64,000 bases of DNA from Chthoniobacterales bacterium (GTDB taxonomy: Bacteria > Verrucomicrobiota > Verrucomicrobiia > Chthoniobacterales > UBA10450). Each line of letters opens with the position of its first letter. Position 1 is the first letter of the stretch. The notes under the pieces are model-generated. The model saw only the letters and a program-made list of their open reading frames with translations, was not told the DNA's origin and did no database searches. Below are positions 63,778 to 64,000 of the stretch, piece after piece. The stretch spans positions 536 to 64,535 of the forward strand of contig JBBQFI010000014.1 in NCBI GenBank assembly GCA_038321775.1, written 5' to 3'. A program made the position numbers and the translations under genes.

Positions 63778-64000
63778 TCAAGGCAGCTTGCCGAGACGTT
63801 TTTGCGGGCCGCGGTGCGAAAGTGTCTCCATATCCGCGTCAACCATGATGCGAACCAATTCATGGAAACGCACTTTCGGTTCCCAATCGAGAATCTTCTT
63901 CGCTTTCGTGGCGTCCCCGATGAGCAAATCCACTTCCGCGGGCCGCTCGTAACGGTCGTCATGTTTCACGTACTCTTTCCAATCCAGATCAACGTGAGCA
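63778..64000 (-). CDS. gmd: GDP-mannose 4,6-dehydratase, C-terminal part (gene continues past the right edge)
   Basis: Own translation reads ...AHVDLDWKEYVKHDDRYERPAEVDLLIGDATKAKKILDWEPKVRFHELVRIMVDADME..., and the frame is open to position 64000. Confidence 0.8.
   Translation of the reverse strand, partial: AHVDLDWKEYVKHDDRYERPAEVDLLIGDATKAKKILDWEPKVRFHELVRIMVDADMETLSHRGPQKRLGKLP

Overview
Densely coding 64-kb chromosomal segment (about 70 CDS, 3 RNA genes) from a moderately GC-rich, LPS-making Gram-negative bacterium. The gene content (DUF1573, WD40/STAND, dockerin-like, GT-C proteins) suggests a PVC/Verrucomicrobia-like soil organism, but that is inference only. Most genes are housekeeping: guaA, speA, cydAB, kdsA-lptCAB-hpf, hprK-ptsH-ptsI, coaD, yceD-rpmF-plsX-fabH, rfbB/rfbD, aat, msrB and tatD. 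RNA genes are tmRNA (ssrA), tRNA-Phe(GAA) and tRNA-Leu(GAG). Accessory content includes a Pnkp-Hen1 RNA-repair pair beside a decayed JetD-like fragment, and a 1545-aa DUF4062-STAND NTPase-TM-WD40 protein next to tRNA-Phe. It also includes a tandem-VOC/aquaporin fusion, two sulfotransferases, an ECF sigma module, and an AT-richer surface-glycan/GT-C island with a frameshifted pseudogene. No CRISPR array, transposase, integrase or rRNA was seen. The most striking signal is not a gene. The 9-mer TCGTTAGGC (8-mer core TCGTTAGG) occurs 37 times, in both orientations and in every permissible reading frame, with unconserved flanks. That is far above naive expectation and resembles a DNA-uptake-sequence-like or protein-binding genomic word. 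All counts were made by eye without tools, so some copies may have been missed and no Markov expectation was computed.
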